The position numbers and the translations under genes were made by a program. A stretch of 64,000 nucleotides of DNA from the human T2T-CHM13v2.0 reference genome, Homo sapiens: assembly GCF_009914755.1 (NCBI RefSeq), contig NC_060925.1; one strand, given 5' to 3'. The notes beneath the pieces are model-generated. The model worked only from the letters and a program-made list of their open reading frames with translations. It searched no databases and was not told the DNA's origin. This document shows, piece after piece, positions 15,029 through 58,934 of this stretch; the first letter of the stretch is position 1, and each line of letters starts with the position of its first letter.

Positions 15029-16199
15029 GTGAGTCCTGGAGGTGCGTGGTTGGGGCGGAGAGCATTATCTGCGGCTCCGATTTTGCAGATTCTGGCTGAG
15101 GCGTTCGTGATGTCAGCAGCAGCCGAGACGGGCGTGTTAAAGGCCGGTTGCTAGGGCTGGGGGAACTCAGGTAACTACGGGCGTCCCCACAGCAGTACTT
15201 GGAAGCCCCTCAGCTACTCGGCGCGGTTGCGGGTGCTGAGCAGAGCTGCCTGACCGTGCGTGTGCACGGGCTGGCCTGAGGATGATATGACCGTGTGTTC
15301 GGTGTGTGGAACCCTCCGTCACCCTCCCCTGACCGAAGACTCGTTTAGGAATGTGTGGCAGGTCTGTTGCCACGGTCCAGGCCTTCAGTGCATCTTGGAA
15401 ACATCGTTTTGGGGGCTGTAGGTTAGGAAGCGGAGATCATGGGGTCTCGGAAGAAGGTTTGGTCGTGAACTGTCAGAAAGGAGGCGAAAGCTGTGCACGT
15501 GGAACAAAGTGAACAGTGCAAGTTGTATGGGAGGTAGTTTAAATATCGAGGCGATGAAAAAAGGCTGCTAGAATTGGGCTTACTCGAAAGGAAGTGGGCC
15601 TCAGAAGATAATATTAGTTAAAAGAAGTAGAGGAGAACATGGATGTTATTCTAAGTAAAACGAATAATATGAAGAATACAAGGTCGCGGGACGAGGAAGG
15701 AAACTAGCCAGCCTGACAGGAAGGTTTATTCGAGAAATACGGGGGTTAGATAGGATGAGTTTTTGGAAACTGGCAAACGATTTAGCCTTTTCAAGGCTTT
15801 AGGATAGGGAAAGCTCATTTGAAAAGATTAGTCGGTAGTATTATGACGTTTAAATGAAAAGAGTGAAAAACATGGAGGCGGAGGTGCTAGGTGGAAAATC
15901 AGTGCAGTAATCCAGTGATAAAGAGCTGGAACTGAAAGTGCTGGAGAGAAAGGGATCCTGTTTCAGAGTAACAGTCAGGTGGAATTGACTAAAGAGAAAG
16001 AGGCAAAGAGAAGCAGTTTAGCATAGTGGTTAAAAGCAGAAATTTTGGAGTTAGACTGGCTGGATTGGGATCTGGCTTTGGCAATTAGCTGCTAAATGAC
16101 TTTGAGTTAGCAATTTGCCATCTCTGGGTCTGAGTTCCTTGTCTGTAAAATAGAGATAGGAAGAGTGACTTCCCTTGTGGTGTTATTGTGGAGAATTTG

Positions 16200-16470
16200 T
16201 TTATTTATTTTTAGAGACAGAGTCTCACTGTCACCCAGGCTGGAGTGCAGTGGCGTGATCATAGCTCACTGCAACCTCGAACTTCTGGACTCAAGTGATC
16301 TTTCTGCCTCAGCCTCCCCGAGTGCGTCACCATGCCTGGTTAATTTTTTAAAAAATGTTTTGTAGAGATAGGTTCTTGCTGTGTTGCCTATGTTGGTCTG
16401 AAACTCTTGACTCCTAGGCCTTGGCCTCCCAAAGTGCTGGCATTACAGGCATGAGCCACCATACCAGGTC
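16200..16470 (-). mobile_element. Alu (AluJ-like, internally deleted)
   Basis: Antisense Alu sequence. Confidence 0.85.
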
Positions 16471-17559
16471 CTTATGGATAATTTTTTTATGCTCATATTT
16501 ACAATGTGCTAGAGGCTTTTCTAAGTGCTTTGCATATGTTAGCTCGGTTTCATTAATTGCTGTATGTAATTAAACAATTGCATAATGTTATCAGTTACTA
16601 TAGCGTAAGCACTCTCTAAATCTTGGCTGCTATAATAATATTTTTTTATTAATAATTCAAAGGTTATTAAATGGTTTTGAGCCTGAAGAGCTGGGAAAAT
16701 TGTGTCTTAGTGTCAGAAGAAAAGAGAGGGGTACCAGAAGTAAGGTAGGCTTGGTTATAGACATGTTAAATGTGAAACTATAAGGTATTCAAGTGGAGAT
16801 GTTCAGTAAATATTGGAAACTCTATAATTAGTATTCATGTAGGTGGACAGGACTGGAAATAGACAGATGGGAGTCCCTGGACCTAGGCATGCTATATGAA
16901 TTCTCCAAGGAAAACACTGTAGAAGGAGGTGGTAGATGGCCAAAGACAGACAAACATAAGGAACAACTACAGAGTCTGGAGGAATAAGAGGAATTGGGAA
17001 AGAATTAATCAAATGGCCTAGGCTAAGAGCATTATCACCATGTTAATATTATCTTTCCTTGATTTTAAATTGGCTTTATGTTGGTTCCTGTGAGAGAAGC
17101 AATGAGGCCAGTAAGTGATTATTACCAGAAAATATTATCAGAGAGTTGAGATTGAATTTTTTTTGTGTTAGACTAAAACAGCATTTGATAATTAGAAAGA
17201 CCCTGTAGAGTTAAGCCAACCAACCAAAGAAACAAAAAACAATAGCAAAAAGAAACAGCTCCTCATAAAAGACTGTAACTTCTTTATTTTTGTGTGTTTT
17301 AAGTTGCATGGGTGTTTTTTGGGGATACTTTTTACTCTTCCATGTAAAGAACAGATGGGACTGATTTGTTATCTCCTTCATTCACCTCTTGTCCCTTTTA
17401 TAAATAACCAGTGGATTATGGATTTTCAGTGAATTTAATAAAAGTGCAGAAATTATGGCATCTTTCCAAAAATAGTGTGCCAAGTTGCTCAACCATTTTC
17501 TATGCCAAGGGTAAGTGGCTGCTCTGATTTTGAAATGAAGGACAGACTTTCATGTACTA

Positions 17560-17760
17560 GTAGTTCTCAAAGTGTGGTCCAAGAACTGCAATAGCAGCAT
17601 CACTTGGAAACTTGTTAGAAATGAAAAATTCTAGGCCCTACCTCAGACTTATGAAATCAGAAACAGGTGCTGGGAGAAGAGATGAGATGGTGTTTTCTAG
17701 CAATGTTTTCATAAGCCCTCCAGGTGATTTGGATGTATACTAGAGTTAGAGAACCACTGT
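17560..17760. mobile_element. MER5A-like hAT-Charlie MITE
   Basis: tagtagttctcaaagtgtggtcc...agagaaccactg termini. Confidence 0.75.
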
Positions 17761-18158
17761 ACAAGAAGGTAAGTACCATGAGGTTAGGGATTTTGCCTTG
17801 TTAATAGTGTATTTCCAGTGTCTAGAATGGTGCCTGTCTAATTGGTAGGTTTTCAATAGATATTCATTGAAAAATATGTTCAGTCTCAGACTGCCAATCT
17901 CTGTGTAAAAGCTTTGATGCTGGTTTAATGGGCAGAAGTAAATCAGTTTAGCTGCATTGAGCCTATAATGTCAGATATGCATGAGGTGGGCATGACAACG
18001 TGACTAATTTGGAACTTGAGGAATGAGGGATTATATTGAGTCAACACTGAATAAAAAATGATGTCCAGGTATTTTAGGTCAATGATTCATTTAGAGTAAA
18101 TAAAGATTAAGAAGTCACAAGTTACATGCTTTTAATGACATGATCAACAGTTGGTGTT

Positions 18159-18460
18159 GTTCTGGCGCAGTGGCTAACACCTGTAATCCCAGCACTTTGG
18201 GAGGCCGTGGCGGATGGATCACTTGAGGTGAGGCTTTCGAGACGAGCCTGGCCAATATGGTGAAACCCCATCTCTACTAAAAAAAAAAAAAAAAAAAAAA
18301 TTAGCCGGGTATGGTGGCACATGCCTGTAGTCCCAGCTACTCGGGAGGCTGAGGCAGGAGAATCGCTTGAACCTAGGAGGTGGAGTCAGCTGTGAGCCAG
18401 GATCCCACCACTGCACTCCAGCCTGGGCAACAGAGTGAGACTCTGTCTCAAAAACAAAAA
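18159..18460 (+). mobile_element. Alu (AluS-like) with expanded A linker
   Basis: 13-bp TSD AACAGTTGGTGTT at 18146 and 18461. Confidence 0.95.
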
Positions 18461-18565
18461 AACAGTTGGTGTTTACTAACCTAGTAGAACCAAGGCACCC
18501 AAGGAGCTGAGTTTTCTTTGTTTATATGCACAGATTGCTTCACCTGTGGTATCAGACATCACAAC

Positions 18566-44701
<26,136 letters not shown>

Positions 44702-44989
44702 AACTGAAATGTGGTATCTTTTTTTTTTTCAACTTTTTCCTTTAAAGGACTCCTAAACTAAGCACAGAAGAGTTGGCGTCATCTTAAAAATACCAAATAA
44801 CAGAAGATCGCATTGCAGATGATATCAGGATGTGGTTTCCAGCTTTGCCTGAGGGAATTCCAACATGAGATTATGGGCTGGCTCCATTTCTTGGACTTAA
44901 AATGCATTATTAGTTTAAAAATCTTTCTGTGCTCTCAAAGCTTGAGCCTTGCAGCTCAAGCTTGTTGTTCCCTTTATATTCTAGCAGGG

Positions 44990-45293
44990 AATAAATAATT
45001 GTTTTAATTAGGTATTTGTTTCATTGGAGTTGAAATTAACATTTCAAAAGTTTTTCGTATTTTTTTATGGCAGATGATTTGTCATTTATTTATATTAGGT
45101 TTTACTGCCTATTGAGACAACCAGGTGCATAATTGATTGCCCTTTGGCCATAAAAATGCAGTGTCATGGATCTTAGAGCTAAAAAGGACTGTAAAAATTA
45201 CCCAGAACAGCGTCCTCAGACTTAACCTTCTGCAAGTTATGTCTGTATATAAGAAGATTCTAATTGCTAACTGTTTATACTTTTCTGAATAAA
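44990..45293 (+). terminator. WDR3: WDR3 proximal poly(A) signals (AATAAA at 44990 and 45288)
   Basis: Canonical hexamers downstream of the stop, followed by T/GT-rich sequence. Confidence 0.6.
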
Positions 45294-45360
45294 ATAGTTG
45301 TTTCTAATTAAAAAGTAGCCAAGCTAAGATGCCTGGCTGGGCTTCTGAGGAATTAATACA

Positions 45361-45363
<3 letters not shown>

Positions 45364-45413
<50 letters not shown>

Positions 45414-45428
45414 ACACATACATATATA
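45364..45428. repeat. (GT)n microsatellite decaying to (AT)
   Basis: About 17 perfect GT units in the WDR3 3' region. Confidence 0.95.
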
Positions 45429-46613
45429 TAGTTGACACTTGAAAAATGCAGGTGGTAGGGGCACTGACCCACCCCTACGCCCCGCACAGTCAAAAATCTG
45501 CATATAACTTTTGATTCCCCAAAGTCTTAAGTACTAGTAGCCTGTTATTGACTGGGAGCCTGACTGATGTATTATATATATTGTATACTGTATTCTTAAA
45601 GTAAGCTAGAGAAAAGAAAATGTTACTTAGAAAATCATAAGGAAGAGAAAATATATTTACTGTGTTTATCAATACTATAAGTGTATGTCATCTGTTTATA
45701 AAATGAATTGTCTGTCTGGATTGGCAGGCAACCACAGCCGCAGACCTCAATCTGTGGTACTTATCAAGCATCAGCTTTTTCTTGTAATGTCATGACTTTT
45801 CTCTGCTTTTTGGGAGCACTGTGATATGCAGTTTACTGGGGCGATGAGTTGTTCATGCACAGGTGATTAGTGTCACAGCATTTTAAGTGCATACGCACAA
45901 CACTTGAGCTCACTGCATAGCAACAGGAGGTGGCTGTGAAATTATTTCAGTAACATACTGTGTATTACAGTTCATTTTATGCAGCTATGATTTAATACTG
46001 CATCTTTACATTATTTTACATTTCTCCCAAAACTGTGAATTGCACCATGTATGATCTGTATTTGTGTGTGTTAATGTTGATAATAGATTTGCGTGTATTT
46101 TATGGCAGTAAATGATAAAATAGTCTAGTATCTACATATATTTTGTGCATTCATGATATAACTACTTTTTTCCTAATTTTTTTCATCTGAAACTTTTCTC
46201 ATTGTTTCAGATCTCCAAAAATTTTTCCAATATATTTATTGAAAATATCTGGGCTGCGTGCAGTGGCTCACGCCTGTAATCCCACCACTGTGGGAGGCCG
46301 AGGCAGGCGGATCACAAGGTCAGGAGTTCCAGACCAGCCTGGCCAACATGGTGAAACCTCATCTCTACTAAAAATACAAAAAACTAGCTGGGCGTGGTGG
46401 CAGGCGCTTGTAATCCCAGCTACTCAGGAGGCTGAGACAGGAGAATCACTTGAACCCGGCAGGCGGAGATTGCAGTTAGCCAAGACAGTGCCACCAGCAT
46501 TCCAGCCTGGGCAACACAGTGAGACTCCATCTCCAAAATAATAATAGTAAAAAAAAATCTGTATAACAGTGGAGCCAAGTGGTTAAAACCCATGTTCAAC
46601 GGATTGTCTACTG
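45429..46613 (-). mobile_element. Tigger2-family DNA transposon (Alu nested inside)
   Basis: AGTTGACACTTGAA...CATATAACTTTTGATTCCCC end and degenerate opposite TIR. Confidence 0.75.
46252..46557 (+). mobile_element. Alu (AluS-like)
   Basis: Alu dimer nested in Tigger. Confidence 0.92.
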
Positions 46614-47730
46614 TATATCTTCATGGTAAGGATTTGGGGAATGTTCTAGGAAAAGATATTGACAGATACCTCTGGGTCTGGGCTTTTCTTTTGGGGAAGT
46701 TTATAAATGACTAAATCATACTTCTTGTTACAGGCCTGTTTAGATGTTCTGTATCTTCTTGAGACAGTTTTGCTTTTTATCTTTTTTGTTGTTGTTAATC
46801 CCAAAGATTTAAAACTATGGTTTCTGTCTGAATTTGGTCATTGCAACCAAGTTACTGTGTTGTGGGGCCACCATTTTCTTCTAGGCTCAGAGATGCAGTC
46901 CTTGTGGCTTGCCGATTTGTGTCCCAAACCACAAGTCTTAATGTTCTTGAGCATAACACAATCACTGAAGTGAGTAAGGGATGCAGTGGTGTTATTTGTT
47001 GGGCAGAATAAATAAGTGAATTTTGGCATAGAGTTTCTGAAGGCATAACTATGAAGGCAAGAGAATAGGCAGGCAGGATAATGCATTCTAGGTGCTTTCC
47101 AAGGAGTCAGTGTTGTTTAGGCAGCTATTCCTGCCACCAGGGAGAGGAGTTAATTCTTGAAAAAAAATTTAATTTTTTATGAGAACAGAAGTTGATTCAA
47201 TATCCTTCTTAGAGTTGCTCATCAGAACATAAATGTCACTTTCTAGTAACATTTTTGATGGTTTCCAAATCAAAACAAGTTCCAGGAGGGCATTCGAGAT
47301 GTATACATCATCAATAATTACTCTTATGTTAAAAGTTGCTGTTTTCCCGTAGCTTTGCCACCATTTATAACTCAAAAGCCTGATAGTGCTAGGGAATGTA
47401 AAGATGTTTCTGTCTGCTAAGTGTTATACTAATCGAAGAGAAGGAGAACTTTTATGATAAAGTGACATGTACAGAACCTAGCCAAGTTACAATTTTTGGT
47501 CAAAATACTTGAAACTCTTTAACTCTAAAAGTTTAAGGTCAATAGGTGCATTATAAAGTAAATTTTAAGCCAGGCAAATTTCTAGTCATTAAGTCAGTAT
47601 TCATTGCCTTAGTCAGCCATTGGCTGTATATAATCCTTAATATAAAAACCATCTAATGACTAATATCTCTTGCATATTGTGAAGTAAGTTACCTATAGAA
47701 ATTCTGTAGTACCATAAAGAAAAGCCTTTT

Positions 47731-47810
47731 GAGATTGCAGTGAGCTGAGATTGTGCCACTGCACTCCAGTCTGGGCAACAGAGCCAGACTCCATTGAAAA
47801 AAAAAAAAAA
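47731..47810 (+). mobile_element. 5'-truncated Alu
   Basis: Alu 3' end plus A tail. Confidence 0.85.
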
Positions 47811-48596
47811 GGCTCTTGAATGATGTATTGGGAGTAAAACATTTAGGCTTATTTTTAAAAATGTATATATCCATCCACTTAGAGAAAATATGCTTAAAAA
47901 TTTTGAAATTCACTGGCTGGAAGCTAGGTGCTTTGTATATTTGGTATTAAATTGTTTCTCAATGGCAAATGTCATAAATTATATCTCATTCTAAAGATAT
48001 CTAGCAAATCTCCAGCAGAGATCTAGGACAGTGCCCAGGAAAGCAATGGTATCTGTTGGTAGGTACAGGACTGTATATAGGACTCTATTCACTTAGCTGT
48101 AAATGATGAGCCTGCTCAATGCAGCCTTTTCAGGCCAGATTAGTCTTCAGAAAGAGAGGGAGGTTGTGAGCAGAAGCTTAATGAAGAAACCACATTGGCT
48201 TACAGTTACTGTCTGCAATCCACCCCCATTCCTCACAATTTAAGCTCCTAAGTTTGAGATGGGGCTAAGGTTCTTAAAGGTAGTATCACCATATATTCAA
48301 GTCCTTTCTCTTTATTTCTGAGGTTTTTGGGATCCAAGCAGCCCTGGTATGTTTTTAGAACACAGTACACATTGTGTAACAGTCACTGAGCCCAACTCTT
48401 ACATAGGGCCTGGCAGTGTTGCCCTTGTGTATCCCTTCCCCTTGAGTATGGGGTCGGACCTAGTGACTGGCTTCTAGTGAACAGAATACAGTAAATATAA
48501 TGGGATGTGTCTTCCAAGATTAGGGTATAAAGCACTGAATTCTACCTTGCATGAGCATTACATTTTATAATATATATAAAGAAGCAACTAGTATAG

Positions 48597-48913
<317 letters not shown>

Positions 48914-49048
48914 TAAACAAATATTTTCATTCATTCAGGCCAGGTGGCTTATAGGTTTCTGACTATAAGAAGAGGGGAAGAAACCTGGGGTCTAATACCT
49001 CAAATTTGAATGCTTGACAATCAAATTCCCATTTATTACTTACTGTAC

Positions 49049-52003
<2,955 letters not shown>

Positions 52004-52420
52004 CTATAAGACACAAGGTAGCTTTAGGACCAGACAACTCTGAGTTCAAACCTTGCTTTTAATAATATGAATTTGAGCAAGTTACTTAAACTCTCTTACC
52101 TTTGGTTTCTTCATCTATAAATTTGGCACTAACAAATGGTAGTTATTATAAGCATTTAGCGGAATTACTTCATAATGAAGGTAGAATTCCATTAAGTAAA
52201 GGGGAGCCAGGGTAAATTGTTGAAGGGGCAAACCAGGTGCTATTTAGGAAAAAGCATAAGGAAGCTAAATGCCAGGTTATTGGAAGTGGAACTGAAGGCA
52301 AAATTTTGCAATACTCCTAATTGTGCTAGTTTTTGAATGTCGGTAGTGACTTTCAGTAGTGAAATCTGCAATAGCGGCTACTGCAGACAAAGATAAATTT
52401 AATCTAATATAAATATAAAT

Positions 52421-52568
52421 CAGGAGGCTGAGGCAGGAGAATTGCTTGAACGCAGGAGAATTGCTTGAACCCAGGAGGCAGAGGTTTCAGTGAGCCGAGA
52501 TCGCGCCACTGCACTCCAGTCTGGTGACAGGGCAAAACTCCATCTCAAAAAAAAAAAAAAAAAAAAAA
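52421..52568 (+). mobile_element. Truncated Alu right arm with internal 18-nt duplication
   Basis: CAGGAGAATTGCTTGAAC occurs twice. Confidence 0.85.
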
Positions 52569-52618
52569 TTCATCTAACAGACTTGGTGACTACCATAACT
52601 TTCCTACCCTGTTCCTTG

Positions 52619-52825
52619 CAGGGGTGTCCAATATTTTGGCTTCCCTGGGCCACATTAGAAGAAGAAGTATTGTCTTGGGCCACACACAAAATATACTAAC
52701 AATAACGACAGGTGATGAGTTTAAAAAAAAATCGCAAAAAAATCTCATCATGTTTTAAGAAAGTTTAGGAATTTGTGTTGGGCTGCATTCAAAGCCGTCC
52801 TGGGCCATGGGTTGGACAAATGTGA
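52619..52825 (+). mobile_element. MER30-like hAT MITE
   Basis: CAGGGGTGTCCAAT...TTGGCTTCCCTGGGCCACA...GGTTGGACAA. Confidence 0.8.
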
Positions 52826-54547
52826 CTTTAGGGTATTCCTAATGCAGGATGCATAAAATAATGAAACCAGTAGAGGGAGATAAAATTAGTTTAAATGCCC
52901 AACTGCTTAGTTTGAAAACCCGTGGAAGAGGATTGCACCAACAAAGAAGAAACCTGATACAGAAGGAAGAAGGAACACAGCAAGGCATGGGCGTCTTGCC
53001 TTGTTCTTTGAAAAGAACACTAGCCAGCAAAGAGAGAGCTATTTATGTTTCTAAGTTGCCTCTCCAGGAGGTGGGTTAAAAAGCAGACTTGGGAACAGTT
53101 ATCTAGAAAAAAATAAATCTGAAACTACCACATGAAAAGCAATTAGATACAAATGGAATGTTTTCTTCAATATAGTTTTATAAATAGTAGAATTGGAAAA
53201 TGTTTCACAGTTTTTTCAACAATGTACTTGTGAGCATATGCATACTGGAGGATATCCAGCAGCAGACCCTTCTCCTCCAAGTCCAGCAGTTGGAGCAGGG
53301 CTGGGTAATGATGAAATTCAGCATGAAGAGAGCTGGAATACTGCCATCATACAGGTTTGCCCAGGCTTTGAGCAGATTCATTTAGTGTTGGCAACTAACC
53401 AAGCTGAACAGTGGTTAGATTTACATATGGGGAAGTCTACAGATTATATTTTTTTTGCCAGAGCCAAAACCTACTATCAAAAACTTAAAAAAATAAACTA
53501 AAAAAACCTTATGGTATAGAGTGAGCTTCAAAGACTACGTGCTGGGTTTTTAGTACCTATAAAAGTTGATCCAACAGCCATTTTGGCTTTTGGCATAATC
53601 CCTACTTTAAATTAAAATGAGATTTGCTAACTTCCCAGAACAGTGGAAGAAGGGCTTGTTTTGATTTTTGTCTTTTGCTTTATGTTGTGAAGGTTCTGAA
53701 ATCTTGACACAGTACAGTGATGAATTACTTCAGGAGAGTACTCATGAATTAGTGGATATAATCCCAAAATGTTTCTGTTTGGAGTTTCAGCCTGTATAAT
53801 ACTGTTTTCTATAGAGCATATTACAGCTAGAAGGGGCTAAGAAATAATCTGGTCTGAACTTTACAGATGAGGAAAACAAGGCTCAGAGCATTAACTGAAC
53901 TGCTTGATGGCATAGTCGTGACAAGAAGCCAACTGACTTGGTGCTACACCAAACCAACCCTTCTGTGTGAGCCTATAACTGGGGCTGCTTTAAGAGCTTC
54001 AGACTCAGGGAGCATTGGGTGCTTGTTAACAGGACTGGATACTTTTGTGCACTGTTCTCACAGGCCTATGCACTCTTCGCATCTGTGATGAATGGGTCAT
54101 ACATCTGCCAGACTAACTCACTTCATTCTGTCATTCAATCACACCTCTCTTGAGTACCCACTATGTGCCTGGCTCTGTAAGCTGCTTACGTGTCTTACTC
54201 ATTTTTAACATCCTCTGCGCCCTGACCACTTTAAATGGCATATGGGAGGAACTCAAAATTTGCTGAGTGAAGTATGAAGTAAAAGGGGTGTTAAAGCAGT
54301 CAGATGATGCACTGATAAAGACAAATGTGACTTTATTTAAGATGAACTTACGTTTACATCATCCTATATTTCTGAAATTATAATTTAAAGTGAGAATATG
54401 CTATTAATATGCATTTTTTTTTACTAAACATGCCATTTTGGAGGATGTATCAAATAAAGTCAGAACAGGTTGACATTTTGTATTTTGTATTTTCAGAGAT
54501 CTTTGGAGAAATGAGGCAATTGATGAGTTTAATAAATACGATTTCTT

Positions 54548-54881
<334 letters not shown>

Positions 54882-55190
54882 TTAAATAATATTCTCTGAC
54901 AAATACCAAGAGAGCAAACCAGATTTACGTAAAATATGAAGAACGGAATAATTATTTTTCACTTCGCATAAGGATTTACTTTTTGAAAAGGTAGTTTTTA
55001 TACAATGGTAAATAACTGTAATATTGGGACAAGTGAGGTGAGCTTCAGAATTGTTTCTATAGCTGGCAGTTTAACTCTGTTTATGCATTGGATTGGTCTC
55101 ATGGTTACTACATGGAATGAATGCCATCAAGCCACATACTGTATCACTACGAGAAATCTTTTGCTTATGATATTAAAAACAGTAGACTTA

Positions 55191-55454
<264 letters not shown>

Positions 55455-57110
55455 TTAATATTTGCTACACAGGAGCCGGGGGTCCATACCATTAGAAAAA
55501 CAACTTTAATATTCAATTGGGAGAAGAATCTGGGGCCCATTTCACAACTGCCTTTCCAACAGTTTTCATCAGCGTAAAACGGGCTCCAACCTGAGTTTCA
55601 ACCCTTTGTTACTGGTTGCTGACGAGCAGCCCAGGCTTGGGCAGTGGGACTGTTTGGCTGGTGCGTGCATTTCAGCGTAGCTGCCAGCATGAACGCAAAT
55701 GCTGGCAGCCGGGTCATTAAGTTGAAGAATAAAGGCTCTTTTGGAAGGCAGTGGAGCATGGGAGCCAGCCTTGCTCTGTCTTGGTATGGGGTTTGCATGT
55801 TTGAGGAGAGGAGAAACAGAAAGGCTCAGAAGATGTCGAAGAACTTGAAAAGCTCCGAGCTCACACATGGTGCTTATTGATCTCTCTCCCTTCCTGTGGT
55901 TTGTGGGGTCTGCTTGAAGGTTAAAGACCTGGAGTAAATTAAAATGCCAAGGAAAGCCTGCCTCCACTCTGACCCCAACACTGCTTCTTCCTCCATCAAC
56001 CTTGCTGTCTGCTCTATCGTGGCTGAATTAACAAGCTGAGGAGTGAAATCTCCAAAACTAAAATTTTATACTGGAGCGACAGGACCCGCACGAATGAGTT
56101 TTATTAGTTTGAGGTTGACTGTCTATTTCTTCCCACCCACTTTGTTGGCAACAACCTAAAAAACAATCGTGTGATTTGGTGGCCTGAGTTCCACATCAGA
56201 TTGTTTCTCAGGAAGCAAAGGTTATTCCTGAAGCTGGGGATTTGCCTCAACTGAAATAACTGAAATGGGACAGGGATCTTTCAAACTGGATGCTTCTATC
56301 GTTTTTTTTTTATCTGATTTCCAATCATCAATCCAGAATCACAAACATTCTTGAAGGACTTACCACTCAACTCTGAAAATGGCTGCAACTGAAATAAACA
56401 TATATTCCATTTTAATGGAAGTAATACCCATGCTTATGTTTAATTCAAGATACAATAGTGGACATTTTGTAATTGGGAATGGTTTGGTAGAGGTATATGG
56501 TTTACCGATCCAATGGAAAGGTTTGAAATTTCACACAAAACAAAGCATTAGTAAAGCAAAGTATATGGTGGGACTCAGGAGATCTGAAGTCTGGCCTCTG
56601 CTAGCTGACAAGATGTTACAACAAGTTACACAGTTTCTCCTTTTATAGTAGTCTCTAAGGTCTTTCCCTCCATTATGCAGAAACAATGTAATTAAAAGCA
56701 CCTTTCAGATCATAATGTGCAAACAAACATCAGCTAGTATTATTATAGTTAGTGGATTTGAGAAAAAGACTTTCAATTATTGTGCATTAGTTGCTGTAAC
56801 ACTTTTGTACAACCTCCCCCTTTTTTTCCACTAGTAGAAATCAGGATGTGAGTTGCTTTTACCAAAGTATGAATAATGATGACTAGGAGGGCAAGGAAGT
56901 ATCTACCATATAATTGGAACCCGATAAACACTCACTGATTTGTTGATGAATGAATGAATGAGTTAGTGTGTAAATGACTGAATGAATAATGTGAAGATTC
57001 AAGGAGTAATTACAGTTCGGTTCAATAAACATTTATTGATGGAGGTGACCAAAGACAAGTCACAGGGTAGGGAAAGGTAACCTGAGCAGACCTTTGGTCC
57101 CTTGGCCTCA

Positions 57111-57314
<204 letters not shown>

Positions 57315-57594
57315 TTAATAAAATGGTTCTATTTTGAGTTCCCAAGATTAAAAAAAAAAAAGTCCCTGTCACCAGAGGAAAATAACTGTTGGGTTGCTGG
57401 AGGAAATGAATGTTTACAGTCTCATGTCATCCTTACAACAGTCCTGTGAGGACGTATTTTAGGCTTTGTTTTAAGGATAAGGAAGTCAAGTTCAGAGAAC
57501 TGAAAGATGGATAATTGTTCAAGTGGTAAGTGGCATAGCAAAGATTCAGACTCAAGTTTGCCTGATTCTAGAGTCTGTGCTCTTTCATCTGTGC

Positions 57595-57945
57595 CAGTGG
57601 TCATCAAACGTTAGCTTCCATCAGAATCTCCTGGAGGACTCATAAATACACAGATTGCTGACTTTACCCCCAGAGTTTTTCATTCTGTTGGTCGGGGGCA
57701 GGGCCCAAGAATTTGCATTTATAACAAGTTCTTAGTGTTGGCAATGCTGCTGGTCAGGCAACCACACTTTGAGAAACATTGGTCTGTGCCCTTATTATTC
57801 CTCACATCAGCAGTGCTGACATCATCTCAGAGTTTGTTAGAACTGCAGAATCTCATGCCCTACACCAGATCTAGTGAGTCAGAATCTGTATTTTAACAAG
57901 ATCCCGAGGTAATTCATATGCACATTAAAATTTGAGACGTACTGT
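57595..57945. mobile_element. Two adjacent MER5-type MITEs
   Basis: cagtgg...gaatttgcatttataacaagtt and agaatctgtattttaacaagatccc motifs. Confidence 0.7.
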
Positions 57946-58282
57946 AATTTATATATTGTCAGTTATATATATATGTATATTACAATAAATTTTGTGATGA
58001 AGATGAACACAGTATGCCATGGAAGAAAAAAAAGATAATTATCAAAACTGGTGGACTCCAGAAGGTTTCCCAACAGAACTGGATGGAATCTTAATCTTAG
58101 GGGCTCTGAGCAAGAAAGGACCTTGGTATTTTTAAAGAATGAAGAGAAATCTACAATGGCTGAATTATAGTGAGTTTGACTCAGGGTGAGGGTGAAGAAG
58201 CAAATGGGGCCTTATCCTCATGCTAAGTCATTTGGATTTTATCCTAAGAGTCATGGCAACGGTGGCCAATGATTCCTTTAGC

Positions 58283-58458
58283 CAGTAGTAGTATGCTGGT
58301 AAACTGGCTCTCTGAAAACAATTCTGATTTCTAGTGTTTATCAATTTTGTGGTGCTAGTACTCCCAGCATGGCTGATTTCAAGCTATCAGTGGTTTGATA
58401 ACTGGCTCATAAAATTTCTCCCAGCAGCCTGTATGAGCCAGCTCCACCAAAGCACCAT
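58283..58458. mobile_element. MER63-like hAT-Blackjack element
   Basis: cagtagtagtatgctgg...gagccagctccaccaaagcacca. Confidence 0.55.
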
Positions 58459-58582
58459 CTGAGTTTACATGTGTGAGATGTAAGTTTAAAGAGCTTCATG
58501 GTGAGATGGTAGATACGGTCAATAGCAGTACACAGTGGCCGGAAACTAATAACTTCAATGAATCAGAATTACATAAAATCTA

Positions 58583-58825
<243 letters not shown>

Positions 58826-58934
58826 TTAAATTATGCCACATGGACATTTTATTCAAACACATTTGAAGTAATATCAGAATGTATGACAACAGAAACCAAC
58901 TTGGAAACTTTTTTTCTTTGCTTTTCAAAGAGCT

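Larger units (their letters stand above)
14200..15420. promoter_or_regulatory. CpG island / GDAP2-WDR3 bidirectional promoter
   Basis: High GC and CpG density; CCAAT at 14889 and 14998; ETS/GABPA-type (C)CGGAA motifs clustered at ~14945-14976; GC boxes; no obvious TATA; first exons diverge ~120 bp apart. Confidence 0.9.

Noticed and set aside
18474-18480. Perfect TACTAAC branch consensus in WDR3 intron 1
   Set aside because: ~54 nt from the acceptor with several intervening AGs; use cannot be supported
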